A stretch of 64,000 bases of DNA, taken from Alphaproteobacteria bacterium (GTDB taxonomy: Bacteria; Pseudomonadota; Alphaproteobacteria; Paracaedibacterales; VGCI01). Location: contig VGCI01000003.1 of NCBI GenBank assembly GCA_016870095.1, positions 78,607-142,606 of the forward strand, given 5' to 3'. This document shows positions 20,684-30,147 of this stretch, piece by piece; within the stretch, counting starts at the first letter, position 1; each line of letters starts with the position of its first letter. A program made the translations under genes and the position numbers. The notes under the pieces are model-generated. The model searched no databases. It saw nothing but the letters and a program-made list of their open reading frames with translations, and was not told the DNA's origin.

Positions 20684-21229
20684 TTGATGATCATGAAAAT
20701 TTTGAATAAAACACAACCTAAAATGACTGATTTAGCTGCTGACCTCTATGCAAGTGTAACAAGTCAAGCCAGACAATATATATTTTTTGTGGATTATCAA
20801 ATTCCTGATACACCGCAAGGTCGATTTGAGATCTTGGCACTCCATTTGGCTTTAATGTTACGAAGACTGAAATTTCCTTGGCCGAATGAGGTTGAGATGT
20901 GTCCCGAACTGAGCCAAAGTTTATGCAATTGGGTTGTGGCTGATATTGAGGAATCAATTAGATCCATGAAAGTAAGTGAATTGAAGATTACGCGCCATTT
21001 GAAGAGACTTATGGAAGGCTTCTATGGTCGACTCGTTGCCTATGACAAAGCGCTGGAATTGAATGATAAGGACATGCTAGAACAGACTATTCGTCGCAAT
21101 GTCTATGGAATTGCTGATAAAATTGTGGATGATATCGTCATGGGTTTGGTTGCTTACACGCGTCAGACCTGGGATTGGATGCTAGAGACAAGCATTTCCC
21201 AAATTATCGTTGATTTAAAAGGAGATTAA
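20684..21229 (+). CDS. Ubiquinol-cytochrome c chaperone (Cbp3-like) family protein
   Basis: 181 aa. Called mainly from its conserved alphaproteobacterial position (bamE, this gene, yceD, rpmF) and general resemblance. No sharp motif was verified. Confidence 0.55.
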   Translation: MMIMKILNKTQPKMTDLAADLYASVTSQARQYIFFVDYQIPDTPQGRFEILALHLALMLRRLKFPWPNEVEMCPELSQSLCNWVVADIEESIRSMKVSELKITRHLKRLMEGFYGRLVAYDKALELNDKDMLEQTIRRNVYGIADKIVDDIVMGLVAYTRQTWDWMLETSISQIIVDLKGD

Positions 21230-21236
21230 GTAGGAG

Positions 21237-21764
21237 ATGGAGTCGGATCCAAATATTGAATTCAGTCGAATTGTCCTTTTTGATGAAATCGGGGCAACAG
21301 GTGCAAAATATCACATAGAAGCCAAAGAGGAAGAGTGTCGAGGTCTGACAAGACGGTTTCAACTCGTGGCTATTCACTTTTTGAAAGCTGATTTTGAATT
21401 GTTTCAGGAATCAGAGCCTGGCTGTTACCGAATTGAGGGAACAGTCGTTGGGGATGTCATTCAAAGTTGTGTATCAACACTTAAAGATGTGCCGGCCCAA
21501 GTTCATGTGATTGTTAATATTCTGTTACGTCCTTCTCGGGAAGAAAATAAGGATGAAGAGTTTATCATTGACTTAGAAGATGAACGCGACATTGAGTATT
21601 ATACTTCAGAATCCATTGATTTAGGTGAGACAGCTGCTCAATATCTTTATTTAAATTTAGATCCTTTTCCCCATGCACCTGGCGCCCCAGAATTTTCTCA
21701 AGACGAGAGTAAAGAGACCTTAAGTCCCTTAGCGCAAGCATTAGAAGTATTAAAAAAGAAGTAG
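21237..21764 (+). CDS. YceD/DUF177 family protein
   Basis: 175-aa acidic protein upstream of rpmF-plsX-fabH, the classical yceD position. Confidence 0.65.
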   Translation: MESDPNIEFSRIVLFDEIGATGAKYHIEAKEEECRGLTRRFQLVAIHFLKADFELFQESEPGCYRIEGTVVGDVIQSCVSTLKDVPAQVHVIVNILLRPSREENKDEEFIIDLEDERDIEYYTSESIDLGETAAQYLYLNLDPFPHAPGAPEFSQDESKETLSPLAQALEVLKKK

Positions 21765-22276
21765 AAAGAATGATAGTAGATAAAAATTTAAGAGATGATT
21801 TTATTATAACTATTAATATTAAAAAGTTTTTTAAGGGGTTCAAAACTTGCTTCAGAGACATCAACATAAATATATAAATTTCTCATTCTCTGTTTCTTTG
21901 TATTCACTAGTGTTCCAGTAAGTTATGGCCTTGAAAGTCCTGATGAATCTGAAAGGGCCAATGCGGATCAAATTACTTTACCCCAGTGAATGCTCCCTCA
22001 GTCCAAAGTAAACTGAATCTCCAACAACGGGGAGGTGTGATCAACAGGTTTTTACAGGGGTATTTTAATAACTCAGAAGAGGGAGATTCATTTTTTTAAA
22101 TTGTTCGTCTAGAATTTAAAAGCCCGATTTTAAGGTCTTATAGGGTTAACTTTAAGCTTTTATCTAAGTTTTCTTTTTTGTTTTGAATTGCCTTTTGTGC
22201 TTGCTCTTTGGGTGAATTTGCGATAAAAACTGTAGCAAGACTGTCTGAAATCTATGTTATCTGGAGTTTTAAAAGA

Positions 22277-22480
22277 ATGGCTGTTCCAAAGAAAAAAACA
22301 TCAAAGTCTCGTAGAGATATGCGCCGTGCGCATCATGCTCTGACATCGATTCATAGTGGTGAATGCCCAAATTGTGGTGCTCGTAAGCTTCCGCATCATA
22401 TTTGTGGATCTTGTGGCCATTACAAAGGGCGGCAGGTTGTTTCCAAGTTGGAAGCTCAAGCTGACCAACAAGACACATAA
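22277..22480 (+). CDS. rpmF: 50S ribosomal protein L32
   Basis: [22 protein letters not shown] plus a CPNCG...CGSCG zinc ribbon. The ORF-track start at 22208 is an upstream extension; the ATG at 22277 is preferred. Confidence 0.95.
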   Translation: MAVPKKKTSKSRRDMRRAHHALTSIHSGECPNCGARKLPHHICGSCGHYKGRQVVSKLEAQADQQDT

Positions 22481-22510
22481 GGTGATCTTTCCTTTGGGAG
22501 GAACCTTATA

Positions 22511-23527
22511 ATGTCATTTGTAATATCATTGGATGCAATGGGGGGAGATTCAGCTCCCCAAATTGTTATTGATGGAGCCGCCAAAGCTCTTTCCAATGGC
22601 TTAAAATGTACTTTTCTCGTATTTGGTGACGAGCATAAAATTAATCCTTTCCTATTAAAACATCCCCAGTACAAACAATATTTTAAGATTATTCATACGG
22701 ATGAAGTCATTACAAATGAAATGAAAGTGGTTGTAGCGATTCGCACTCTTCCCAAATCAAGTATGCGTATGGCTATTGATGCTGTCGCGAAAGGTGAAGC
22801 TGCCGCTGTCGTTTCTGCGGGAAATACGGGTGCCTACATGGCTTTAAGCAAGTTGCTACTTAAAACTTTCGAGGGGATTGATCGCCCCGCTCTGGCTACG
22901 ACGATCCCAACTTTGACGGGTCAAGCTCTTGTCATGGATTTTGGCGCAAACGTAGAGTGTACCTCTGAAAATATCACTCAATTTGCAATTTTAGGTCATG
23001 TCTTTGGTCAAAGGTTATTAAAAAAGGCCAGTCCAACGATTGGATTGCTGAACGTGGGTACGGAAGAAGTAAAGGGCAATGCCATTGTTCAAGAAGCGGC
23101 ACAAAAAATACGTAACTTGAAGCATTTGAATTTCCATGGATTTGTGGAAGGTGATGACATTACATCTGGCACGACAGATATAGTCGTGACAGACGGATTT
23201 ACGGGTAATGTTGCTTTGAAGACCATGGAAGGCACAGCAAAACTCATTCAAAAAATGTTAGAACAGTCTTTGCGCCAATCTTGGCGTGGTAAATTGGGGT
23301 ATTTAATGGCTAAAGGTGCCTTTCAAAATATGAAAAATCGTATTGATCCTCGTATGCACAATGGCGCCCTATTTTTAGGCTTAAAAGGAATAGCTGTGAA
23401 AAGTCACGGGGGTATGGATGCATTTGGATTCGCCAATGCAATTCGTGTTGCAGCTTCTCTAGCTTCAGATGCAGCCTCAGGGCAAATTGCAGAGGATTTA
23501 GAACGCTTTTTAAAAGAAGAAAAATAA
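22511..23527 (+). CDS. plsX: Phosphate acyltransferase PlsX
   Basis: 338 aa. [13 protein letters not shown]-terminus and a [16 protein letters not shown] motif. Confidence 0.95.
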   Translation: MSFVISLDAMGGDSAPQIVIDGAAKALSNGLKCTFLVFGDEHKINPFLLKHPQYKQYFKIIHTDEVITNEMKVVVAIRTLPKSSMRMAIDAVAKGEAAAVVSAGNTGAYMALSKLLLKTFEGIDRPALATTIPTLTGQALVMDFGANVECTSENITQFAILGHVFGQRLLKKASPTIGLLNVGTEEVKGNAIVQEAAQKIRNLKHLNFHGFVEGDDITSGTTDIVVTDGFTGNVALKTMEGTAKLIQKMLEQSLRQSWRGKLGYLMAKGAFQNMKNRIDPRMHNGALFLGLKGIAVKSHGGMDAFGFANAIRVAASLASDAASGQIAEDLERFLKEEK

Positions 23528-23531
23528 TACA

Positions 23532-24512
23532 ATGGCTATTCGATCAGTTGTCAAAGGGTGTGGGGCCTATCTTCCTAAGCAAATTGTTACAAATCATGAT
23601 TTGGCTGCAACAATGGATACCACCCACGAATGGATTGTAGAACGTACCGGCATTCACCAACGTCATGTAGCTGCAGAAGGAGAGATGACTTCTGATTTAG
23701 CAACCCAAGCGGCATCTCAAGCTCTCCAGCGAGCAGGCATCCAAGCCGACAATATAGATTTAATTGTTTTGGCGACCACAACAGCTGATGATACCTTTCC
23801 AGCTGCTGCTGTTACTGTCCAAAAAAAGCTAGGGGCACATAACGCTTTTGCATTTGACGTTCAAGCGGTCTGTTCTGGTTTTGTTTATGCTTTAAGTGTT
23901 GCTGATAATTTTATCCGTTGTGGTCAAATTAAAACCGCTCTCGTGATTGGGGCCGAAACGATGTCACGGTTGCTTGATCCGACAGACCGGGGAACAGCAG
24001 TCTTGTTTGGGGATGGAGCAGGAGCTCTTGTCCTTCAAGCTGAGCAAAATGCTGACTCTGAATCATTTTCTCAGCGAGGCATTTTGTCCACACATCTTTA
24101 TTCAGATGGACGATGTCGAGATGCATTATATGTTGATGGAGGCCCGGGTCGAGGCGGCTCAATTGGATACATAAGGATGCAGGGTCGTGAAGTTATGAAG
24201 TGCGCCGTAGAAAAAATTGGGGGTGCTGTTAAAAAAGCACTTGAATTTCATGGGCTTACCCCTCAAGATATCGACTGGTTCGTCCCTCACCAAGCGAACA
24301 TACGAATCATAAATGCTGTAGCAAAGCATTTTGATTTGCCACCGGAGCGTGTTGTCATAACCGTTGATAAACACGCGAATACATCTGCGGCTTCCATCCC
24401 CTTAGCTCTGGCTCAGGCAGAAGCAGATGGAAAAATTTTAACGGGGCAGTTGGTTGTTATTGAAGCAATGGGTGGTGGATTTACCTGGGGATCTGCCTTA
24501 ATAAGGTGGTAA
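23532..24512 (+). CDS. fabH: 3-oxoacyl-ACP synthase III
   Basis: Active-site Cys context [10 protein letters not shown], then HQANIRII and GGGFTWGS. Confidence 0.95.
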   Translation: MAIRSVVKGCGAYLPKQIVTNHDLAATMDTTHEWIVERTGIHQRHVAAEGEMTSDLATQAASQALQRAGIQADNIDLIVLATTTADDTFPAAAVTVQKKLGAHNAFAFDVQAVCSGFVYALSVADNFIRCGQIKTALVIGAETMSRLLDPTDRGTAVLFGDGAGALVLQAEQNADSESFSQRGILSTHLYSDGRCRDALYVDGGPGRGGSIGYIRMQGREVMKCAVEKIGGAVKKALEFHGLTPQDIDWFVPHQANIRIINAVAKHFDLPPERVVITVDKHANTSAASIPLALAQAEADGKILTGQLVVIEAMGGGFTWGSALIRW

Positions 24513-24538
24513 TGAATAACTAAAAAGAATGGAGAATT

Positions 24539-24832
24539 ATGATGACAGCTGAGACAGTAACTCGGGCTGATTTAATTAACAAAATAACCCAAGATAATAA
24601 ATTGACACGTCAACAAGCTTCTGAAATTTTGAAAAAAACCTTAGAAGAAATTGAAAAAGCTTTGGCTAAGGGAGATCATGTGAAAATTTCCTCTTTTGGA
24701 ACGTTTTCTATTCTTCAAAAGAAAGAACGAGTTGGGCGTAATCCTCGCACGGGCAAAGATGCTAAAATCTCACCTCGTCAAGTGATTAGCTTTCGAGCCT
24801 CTCCTGTTTTCAAAAAGTCCGTCGGAAAATAA
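24539..24832 (+). CDS. ihfA: Integration host factor subunit alpha
   Basis: 97-aa HU/IHF fold with FGTFSILQKKERVGRNPRTGKDAKISPRQVISFRAS. It holds the conserved position after fabH. Confidence 0.9.
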   Translation: MMTAETVTRADLINKITQDNKLTRQQASEILKKTLEEIEKALAKGDHVKISSFGTFSILQKKERVGRNPRTGKDAKISPRQVISFRASPVFKKSVGK

Positions 24833-24876
24833 TTTTTTCTGGATTTTTGAAACGGCACTCTAAAAAGTTATAAGCA

Positions 24877-24908
24877 TTGACCAACTACCCTATAAAATTA
24901 TATATAAT
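24877..24908 (+). promoter_or_regulatory. Possible sigma-70-type promoter for the zeta-like gene
   Basis: TTGACC (24877..24882), an 18-nt spacer, then TATATA (24901..24906); an overlapping TATAAT lies at 24903..24908. This is a visual match only, and -10-like hexamers are common in AT-rich spacers. Confidence 0.3.
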
Positions 24909-24971
24909 ATCATCTAAATTTAAATTTAAGATTACTCAACAAAATATTTAAACCCGTAAGGAAAATAAAAT

Positions 24972-25883
24972 ATGAAACTCCTTAATTTAAACAAACTGCT
25001 TTCCATAATTTCCCTATCAATTATTTTAATGAACTCAGTTTTAGGCAATACGCCTGAACTCATTCCAGGTCAATTTGTAGATGGGCACCTCAAAAATTAC
25101 TCCGAGGAAGAGCGTCGACTTATTGATGATGAGCTTAACAATATCAGCCAACTTTGTTTTCGGGGTCAAAAACCTTCTGTGAATCAGTTAATTTACGTTG
25201 CGACAGCGGGAGGGCCTGGTGCGAGTAAGTCAACAATTCTGGAAACGTATTTGCAAGAAAACTCTGAGTTTGTTTATGCCGATCCTGATCAAAGAGCATT
25301 GAAATTTATGATTAATACATATCTTCAGTCTCTAACGAATTATCAAATCAGCAGAACACCTTCTTATCGACTTTTACTAAATTCAGCTTATGAAAAGTGG
25401 CGTGCTGGTTCAAATTACATAGCATGCAAGATTCTAAATAATGCATATACGCAAAATTACAATATTGCGCATGGAACAACCTCCACAGCCAAAGAAATAA
25501 GTAGTCTCTACGAGAGATTAAAAGAGAGAAAATATAAAATTATTTTGCTGTTATGCGGGTCAACGGATCAAAATCGAATCAATGCGTTGCGTACACGGGC
25601 AGAAACGCAAGGATTTGTCCAAAGTTCGGATGAGGATACTATTAATAAAGGAAAAGCTTTTTGGGAAAGGCTACCCGTATATTTCCAGTATGCTGATGAA
25701 ATACAAATCTATTGGACTCAAGATTTTAAACAAGGGAATATAAAAGCCGCAACTTTTGATAGAGTAAAAGGTTTAAAGATTCTCGACCAAAAAGCCTTTG
25801 ATAGTTTTGTGAAACAGTATGAGTTAGCGCGTAGCGAAAAAAAGGAATTGGTGCCATTTAAATCGATTGTGCCGATTTTATAG
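24972..25883 (+). CDS. Signal-peptide-bearing P-loop kinase-like protein (zeta-toxin / AAA_33-like)
   Basis: N-terminal Sec-type signal (KLLSIISLSIILMNSVLG). Walker A GGPGASKST is followed by the acidic VYADPDQRALKF, as in zeta-toxin-type kinases. No adjacent antitoxin-sized ORF is present. Confidence 0.5.
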   Translation: MKLLNLNKLLSIISLSIILMNSVLGNTPELIPGQFVDGHLKNYSEEERRLIDDELNNISQLCFRGQKPSVNQLIYVATAGGPGASKSTILETYLQENSEFVYADPDQRALKFMINTYLQSLTNYQISRTPSYRLLLNSAYEKWRAGSNYIACKILNNAYTQNYNIAHGTTSTAKEISSLYERLKERKYKIILLLCGSTDQNRINALRTRAETQGFVQSSDEDTINKGKAFWERLPVYFQYADEIQIYWTQDFKQGNIKAATFDRVKGLKILDQKAFDSFVKQYELARSEKKELVPFKSIVPIL

Positions 25884-25896
25884 AATTGTAAGACAT

Positions 25897-25926
25897 TCGA
25901 TCCTGAGAAATATTTCTTAGGATCGA
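25897..25926 (+). terminator. Hairpin downstream of the zeta-like gene (possible terminator)
   Basis: TCGATCCTGAGAAA-TA-TTTCTTAGGATCGA forms a 14-bp stem with one G-U pair. It is followed by ATTTGG, which is only a weak U-tract. Confidence 0.4.
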
Positions 25927-26010
25927 ATTTGGTAGAAATAATCAAAGAATCTAATAACCGCAGGTCTTCTCTTGCAATCCCCGGGCTAGATTAGTATATT
26001 TCGAAGAAGT

Positions 26011-26087
26011 CGGAACGTAGCGCAGCCTGGTAGCGCACTATTCTGGGGGGATAGGGGTCGTGGGTTCAAATCCCGCCGTTCCGACCA
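26011..26087 (+). tRNA. tRNA-Pro (anticodon GGG)
   Basis: Hand-folded 77-nt cloverleaf. Acceptor stem CGGAACG/CGTTCCG; D stem GCGC/GCGC; anticodon stem CTATT/GATAG with loop CTGGGGG; T arm GTGGG-TTCAAAT-CCCGC; encoded CCA end. Confidence 0.9.
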
Positions 26088-26177
26088 TTTACCCTCAATT
26101 TCATTTTTCATAATACTTTCATAGAATCTTAATGAATTTTTCTCTATTATTTAATCACAAGATCTCTAAATGGTTGA

Positions 26178-27398
26178 ATGAATATGACTCAAACTAAGAT
26201 CACATTATCATTTAATGACAATGATATTGTTATTACAGCGGCAAAACGTACTCCTATGGGTGCATTTCAAGGAGCCCTTTCGGCTTTACAAGCTCCCCAG
26301 TTGGGAAGTATTGCCATTGAAGGGGCTTTTCAGGCATCTGCTTTAGATCCAAAAGATATTAATGAAGTGATTATGGGATGTGTTTTACCTGCCGGAATAG
26401 GCCAAGCTCCTGCTCGCCAAGCTGCAATTGGAGCCGGTGTCTCCAACACAACACCTTGTACAACGATTAATAAAGTTTGTGGTTCTGGTATGAAAGCGGT
26501 CATGAACGCGCATGATCAGATCTGTCTTGATAATCGTCGAATCATCATTGCAGGTGGCATGGAGAGTATGACAAATGCCCCCTATTTGCTGGATCGTGCC
26601 CGAGGAGGCTATCGCTTAGGTCACGGAAAAGTGGTGGATCATCTTCTTTATGATGGTTTAGAAGATCCCTATCATCCCGGAAAATTGATGGGGAACTTTG
26701 CAGAAGATACGGCAACACACTTCCAAGTGACTCGCCAAGCTCAAGATGATTATGCCATGGAGTCTTATCGTCGGGTACAATTAGCCGCATCAAAGGGATA
26801 TTTTCAGGCAGAAATAGCTCCCATTGATCTTATTATGGGAAAAAATCGCTTAGAAATACATCAAGATGAGACACCGAGCAAAGTTAAAATTGATAAAATT
26901 CCTCATCTCAAGCCTGCATTTCAAGCCAATGGAACGGTGACAGCAGCTAACTCCTCATCCCTTGCGGATGGGGCAGCTGCACTTGTGCTGATGTCGGCGG
27001 GAGAGTCAAAGAGACGAGGATTGGAGGCAAAAGCTGTCATCCGAGGGCATGTTTCTCACGCCCAAGAGCCAGAATGGTTTACAACCGCTCCTATAAAAGC
27101 TATCGAAAAATTGCTTGAAAACCTAAATTGGTCAACGGAAGATGTTGATTTATTTGAAATTAACGAAGCATTTGCCGTCGTAACAATGGCGGCGATGAAA
27201 AAACTAAATATTCCCCACGAGAAAGTTAATATTTGGGGGGGAGCGACAGCCTTAGGTCATCCTTTGGGTGCCAGTGGAGCTCGCATTCTAGTGACGTTGA
27301 CGCACGCTTTAGAAAAAACGAGGCGTTCGAAAGGAATTGCTGCCTTATGTATAGGTGGAGGCGAAGCGACTGCCATCGCTATTGAACGATTGTCATAA
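26178..27398 (+). CDS. Acetyl-CoA C-acetyltransferase (thiolase II)
   Basis: Active-site Cys context NKVCGSGMKA and C-terminal thiolase signature GIAALCIGGGEATA. 406 aa. Confidence 0.9.
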   Translation: MNMTQTKITLSFNDNDIVITAAKRTPMGAFQGALSALQAPQLGSIAIEGAFQASALDPKDINEVIMGCVLPAGIGQAPARQAAIGAGVSNTTPCTTINKVCGSGMKAVMNAHDQICLDNRRIIIAGGMESMTNAPYLLDRARGGYRLGHGKVVDHLLYDGLEDPYHPGKLMGNFAEDTATHFQVTRQAQDDYAMESYRRVQLAASKGYFQAEIAPIDLIMGKNRLEIHQDETPSKVKIDKIPHLKPAFQANGTVTAANSSSLADGAAALVLMSAGESKRRGLEAKAVIRGHVSHAQEPEWFTTAPIKAIEKLLENLNWSTEDVDLFEINEAFAVVTMAAMKKLNIPHEKVNIWGGATALGHPLGASGARILVTLTHALEKTRRSKGIAALCIGGGEATAIAIERLS

Positions 27399-27408
27399 GC
27401 CTGTATCT

Positions 27409-28650
27409 TTAGTTTTTGGCTAAGACTTTGGGCTGATAAAGATTTGGAAATTTGCTCTTAAGAATATTTTTTGCGGCTTCTCCATCTGCAACCAGAATCT
27501 CTTTAAAGAGTTTTTCTTGGTCCCCAATCGGCATCTGCAAAACCGTTTGGAAGAGCTTGTTTAGATGGTCTAAATATTCCTTGTCAATCCCTTTAACCCA
27601 CATGCCCCCGATAGGCGCTGGAAAAGCACATTGTCGTTCTTTTAGGAGTGGTAACATTTTTTGTCCGCCCATAAGGGAAGGAAGATTTTCACTACTAACA
27701 AAACCACTTTTAGCGGTATGTTTATTGCCATACATGTTACTGCACGTTGTGCATGGCATACTTCCTTCTATTCCCACCATTAATGCGGATCTGTTTTTAT
27801 TAAAATTACTGACCTGTAAGTAAGCATGACCGTGTTGAACTTTTGGAGAAACCGTCTTTGTTGAATTATCATACCGAAATCCTTCGGGAGCAATTTCCTG
27901 ATTAAATTTATCAGGATTACCCACCCCGCCAATAGCAATATTAACTCCCCGATGTTTTCCTGTAATTCCGAGCATCATATTTTTAGGTAAATTTTTCAAT
28001 CCGCCTAATTTTTTTTCTTTTATTTCTAGTTTTCCATTGAGCATTTCAGCACTAAAACCATGGCTTGCTCCAAGTCGTGTCATATCAATTTGCGGAATTT
28101 TCGAAAAATCCCCAGTTAACAAAAGATTATAGAGTGTATTCCCATCTCCAATTTCCATATCAAAAAGAATTCTTTGACCGTGAGATAAAGCGACAGCTAA
28201 CGGATAAGGCCAGGTTTTTAGAGAAGGTATGTTGTTTGCCTGTTCTGTGAATTGTAAAGGCGCATCTGCTAAAATGAGAAATAGCCTTTTTACAAAATTT
28301 TGACGCTCATCTTCTATCATTAATTTTTTGTCGAGACAGGCTTGTGATTTTTGTTGTGCCGGTATAGCCCGTTTGCAAGTGTGAATAGATTTTTCTCGCT
28401 CATTTGAGGGAAACATCGTGTTAAAAAAAACAACAATATCTGCTGTAAATTGTTTTGTAAGGGAAAGGGAATCCTTTTTTTCCATTTCAGGCTTTCCTGT
28501 TCCCCAGGTTCCGGGAGCAATTTTCCAATCTTGTATTGTAATTTTTGGAGTGCAGACGGGTTGGCTAGTCATAATGGATTGGTCATTAATCTTAGCACTT
28601 CCTGTAGAAATTAGGCTTGTAAAAAAGATTATTAAAAGGTTACGTTTCAT
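27409..28650 (-). CDS. Hypothetical exported protein; no family recognised
   Basis: About 413 aa with an N-terminal signal (LLIIFFTSLISTGSA). GGGAAG lies 5 nt upstream of the ATG at 28650; the ORF track starts two codons earlier at a GTG. Convergent with the thiolase gene across a 10-nt gap. Confidence 0.55.
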   Translation of the reverse strand: MKRNLLIIFFTSLISTGSAKINDQSIMTSQPVCTPKITIQDWKIAPGTWGTGKPEMEKKDSLSLTKQFTADIVVFFNTMFPSNEREKSIHTCKRAIPAQQKSQACLDKKLMIEDERQNFVKRLFLILADAPLQFTEQANNIPSLKTWPYPLAVALSHGQRILFDMEIGDGNTLYNLLLTGDFSKIPQIDMTRLGASHGFSAEMLNGKLEIKEKKLGGLKNLPKNMMLGITGKHRGVNIAIGGVGNPDKFNQEIAPEGFRYDNSTKTVSPKVQHGHAYLQVSNFNKNRSALMVGIEGSMPCTTCSNMYGNKHTAKSGFVSSENLPSLMGGQKMLPLLKERQCAFPAPIGGMWVKGIDKEYLDHLNKLFQTVLQMPIGDQEKLFKEILVADGEAAKNILKSKFPNLYQPKVLAKN

Positions 28651-28873
28651 GTTCACTTCCCGAATTTATGTCGGCACAACTATAAAAATATTATGGGCAC
28701 AAAAACTTTAATGAGAAGTGAATATTGGTAATATTCTAAGGATGAGAAAAAATTGTTTAAAGGGTTAAATTCATGATTTTTCCAAAATAATTAAAGAAAA
28801 AACCCATTCACTTGTTGCGCAAGACCTTAAATCCGTCTATAAAAAAGTCAGTGATTTTCCAAGGGGAGTATAG

Positions 28874-29464
28874 GTGAAAATCGTGAATGAATCTCAAATA
28901 AGACGGGCAGAAAATAGATTGTTTTTTCGTCGGTGGGTACAAAATCCTCGTCAATTGGGTACACTTGCCCCTATATCAGTAAAATTATCCCTACTGGCAG
29001 CCAAGCAAGCCGTGAAAAGCTATGTGCCCGGAACCCCTGTCGTTGAGATTGGAGCGGGTACAGGTCGACTCACTCGGGCATTACTGCAGTGCGGTGTTCA
29101 ACCTCAAGATCTTACCGTAGTAGAACTTGATGGTGAGATGTGTGATTTCATGCGCAAATCTCTTCCCCTTATTACCGTTATAGAAGGGGATGCGAATCAG
29201 CTTGCGGAATTAATTAATTCAAAAATTTGTGAAAAAGTTGGGGTTGTTGTATCTGCAATCCCTTTAATGTACTTACCTGAAATTTTACGCAAGTCCCTTA
29301 TAAATGCAGCATTCGCGGTATTAAAACCCAGTGCAAAAATTATTCATGTTACTTATAGCCCTGTATCTCCCTTAAAGTTTTGGGATGCCATTCAGCAAAG
29401 GTGCATTGAGTCAACTTGGATGAATATTCCCCCGGGTTTCGTTTGGCAGTTTCAACAACAATGA
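28874..29464 (+). CDS. Class I SAM-dependent methyltransferase, PmtA-like (COG3963-type phospholipid N-methyltransferase), copy 1
   Basis: GTG start preceded by the RBS GGGGAG. SAM motif VVEIGAGTGRLTRALL. N-terminal FFRRWVQNPRQLGTLAPIS and C-terminal NIPPGFVWQF resemble the Sinorhizobium-type PmtA as I recall it. Confidence 0.68.
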   Translation: MKIVNESQIRRAENRLFFRRWVQNPRQLGTLAPISVKLSLLAAKQAVKSYVPGTPVVEIGAGTGRLTRALLQCGVQPQDLTVVELDGEMCDFMRKSLPLITVIEGDANQLAELINSKICEKVGVVVSAIPLMYLPEILRKSLINAAFAVLKPSAKIIHVTYSPVSPLKFWDAIQQRCIESTWMNIPPGFVWQFQQQ

Positions 29465-30147
29465 CGTATAGCGCTCAAGCCAAAAAGGATATTGCACAAG
29501 CCAAGCGAGATGAAAATCTCCTTTTTTTCAAACGTCTTTTAAAGAATCCCAAGGCTTTGGGAGCTGTTACACCCAGCTCGCTGGCTTTGGCTAATTTTAT
29601 TTGTCGTCATGTGGAATCTACCCCTGAAAGTTTTGTGGTTGAAATCGGGGCAGGGACGGGAAGATTCACTCGGGCGTTATTGCGCTATGGCGTCACCCCT
29701 ACGCAGATTTATGTTGTGGAAATGGACCCAGAGCTTTGCAAATTTTTAACCCAACATTTTCCCCAAGTGACCGTTATTAATGGAGATGCAAGAAATCTTT
29801 TGGATATTCTTCCGGCTCACATTATTGGAAAAGTGAGTACGGTCATTTCTGGCATTCCCCTTGTTAATTTGTCCGAAACCATTCAAGCCCATATTGCTGA
29901 TGCCTGTTTTGCTGTACTTGCCGAAGGTGGGCAAATGTTACAGTTTACTTACGGCCCTATTTCTCCTTTATCCAGTCGCAAACTGGGTTTGCATAAAAAG
30001 CGTTTAGGAAGCGTATTTTGGAATTTTCCGCCAGCAGTAATCTGGGCATATAAACGTGCAGAAATGCAAGAAGAAAAATCTCAAGTTTTCATTCGCCGAT
30101 TACGGAATTTGCGTCGCAAAATTTTGATTAAAGTGAAGCAGAGTTAA
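29461..30147 (+). CDS. Class I SAM-dependent methyltransferase, PmtA-like (COG3963-type phospholipid N-methyltransferase), copy 2
   Basis: The ATG overlaps the copy-1 stop (ATGA at 29461..29464). Motifs FFKRLLKNPKALGAVTPSS, VVEIGAGTGRFTRALL and NFPPAVIWAYKR. The ORF-track start at 29416 is an upstream extension. Confidence 0.72.
   Translation: MTYSAQAKKDIAQAKRDENLLFFKRLLKNPKALGAVTPSSLALANFICRHVESTPESFVVEIGAGTGRFTRALLRYGVTPTQIYVVEMDPELCKFLTQHFPQVTVINGDARNLLDILPAHIIGKVSTVISGIPLVNLSETIQAHIADACFAVLAEGGQMLQFTYGPISPLSSRKLGLHKKRLGSVFWNFPPAVIWAYKRAEMQEEKSQVFIRRLRNLRRKILIKVKQS

Noticed and set aside
21565-21867. 100-aa minus-strand ORF spanning the yceD 3' end and the start of the long spacer
   Set aside because: It has a low-complexity I/L/K/S-rich sequence produced by AT-rich DNA, overlaps yceD by 200 nt and has no RBS. 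It is not credible as a gene.
24972-25883. Zeta-like gene considered as part of a classical type II toxin-antitoxin or abortive-infection module
   Set aside because: No small antitoxin ORF lies immediately upstream or downstream; ihfA is 139 bp upstream and a tRNA is downstream. The protein also carries an export signal, which TA toxins lack.
25884-26177. tRNA-Pro flanks examined for a genomic-island signature (integrase, direct repeat of the tRNA 3' end)
   Set aside because: No integrase or recombinase ORF is present, and I could see no repeat of the tRNA 3' end nearby. The neighbouring thiolase looks like ordinary metabolism. The island hypothesis is kept only as a weak remark under the zeta-like gene.
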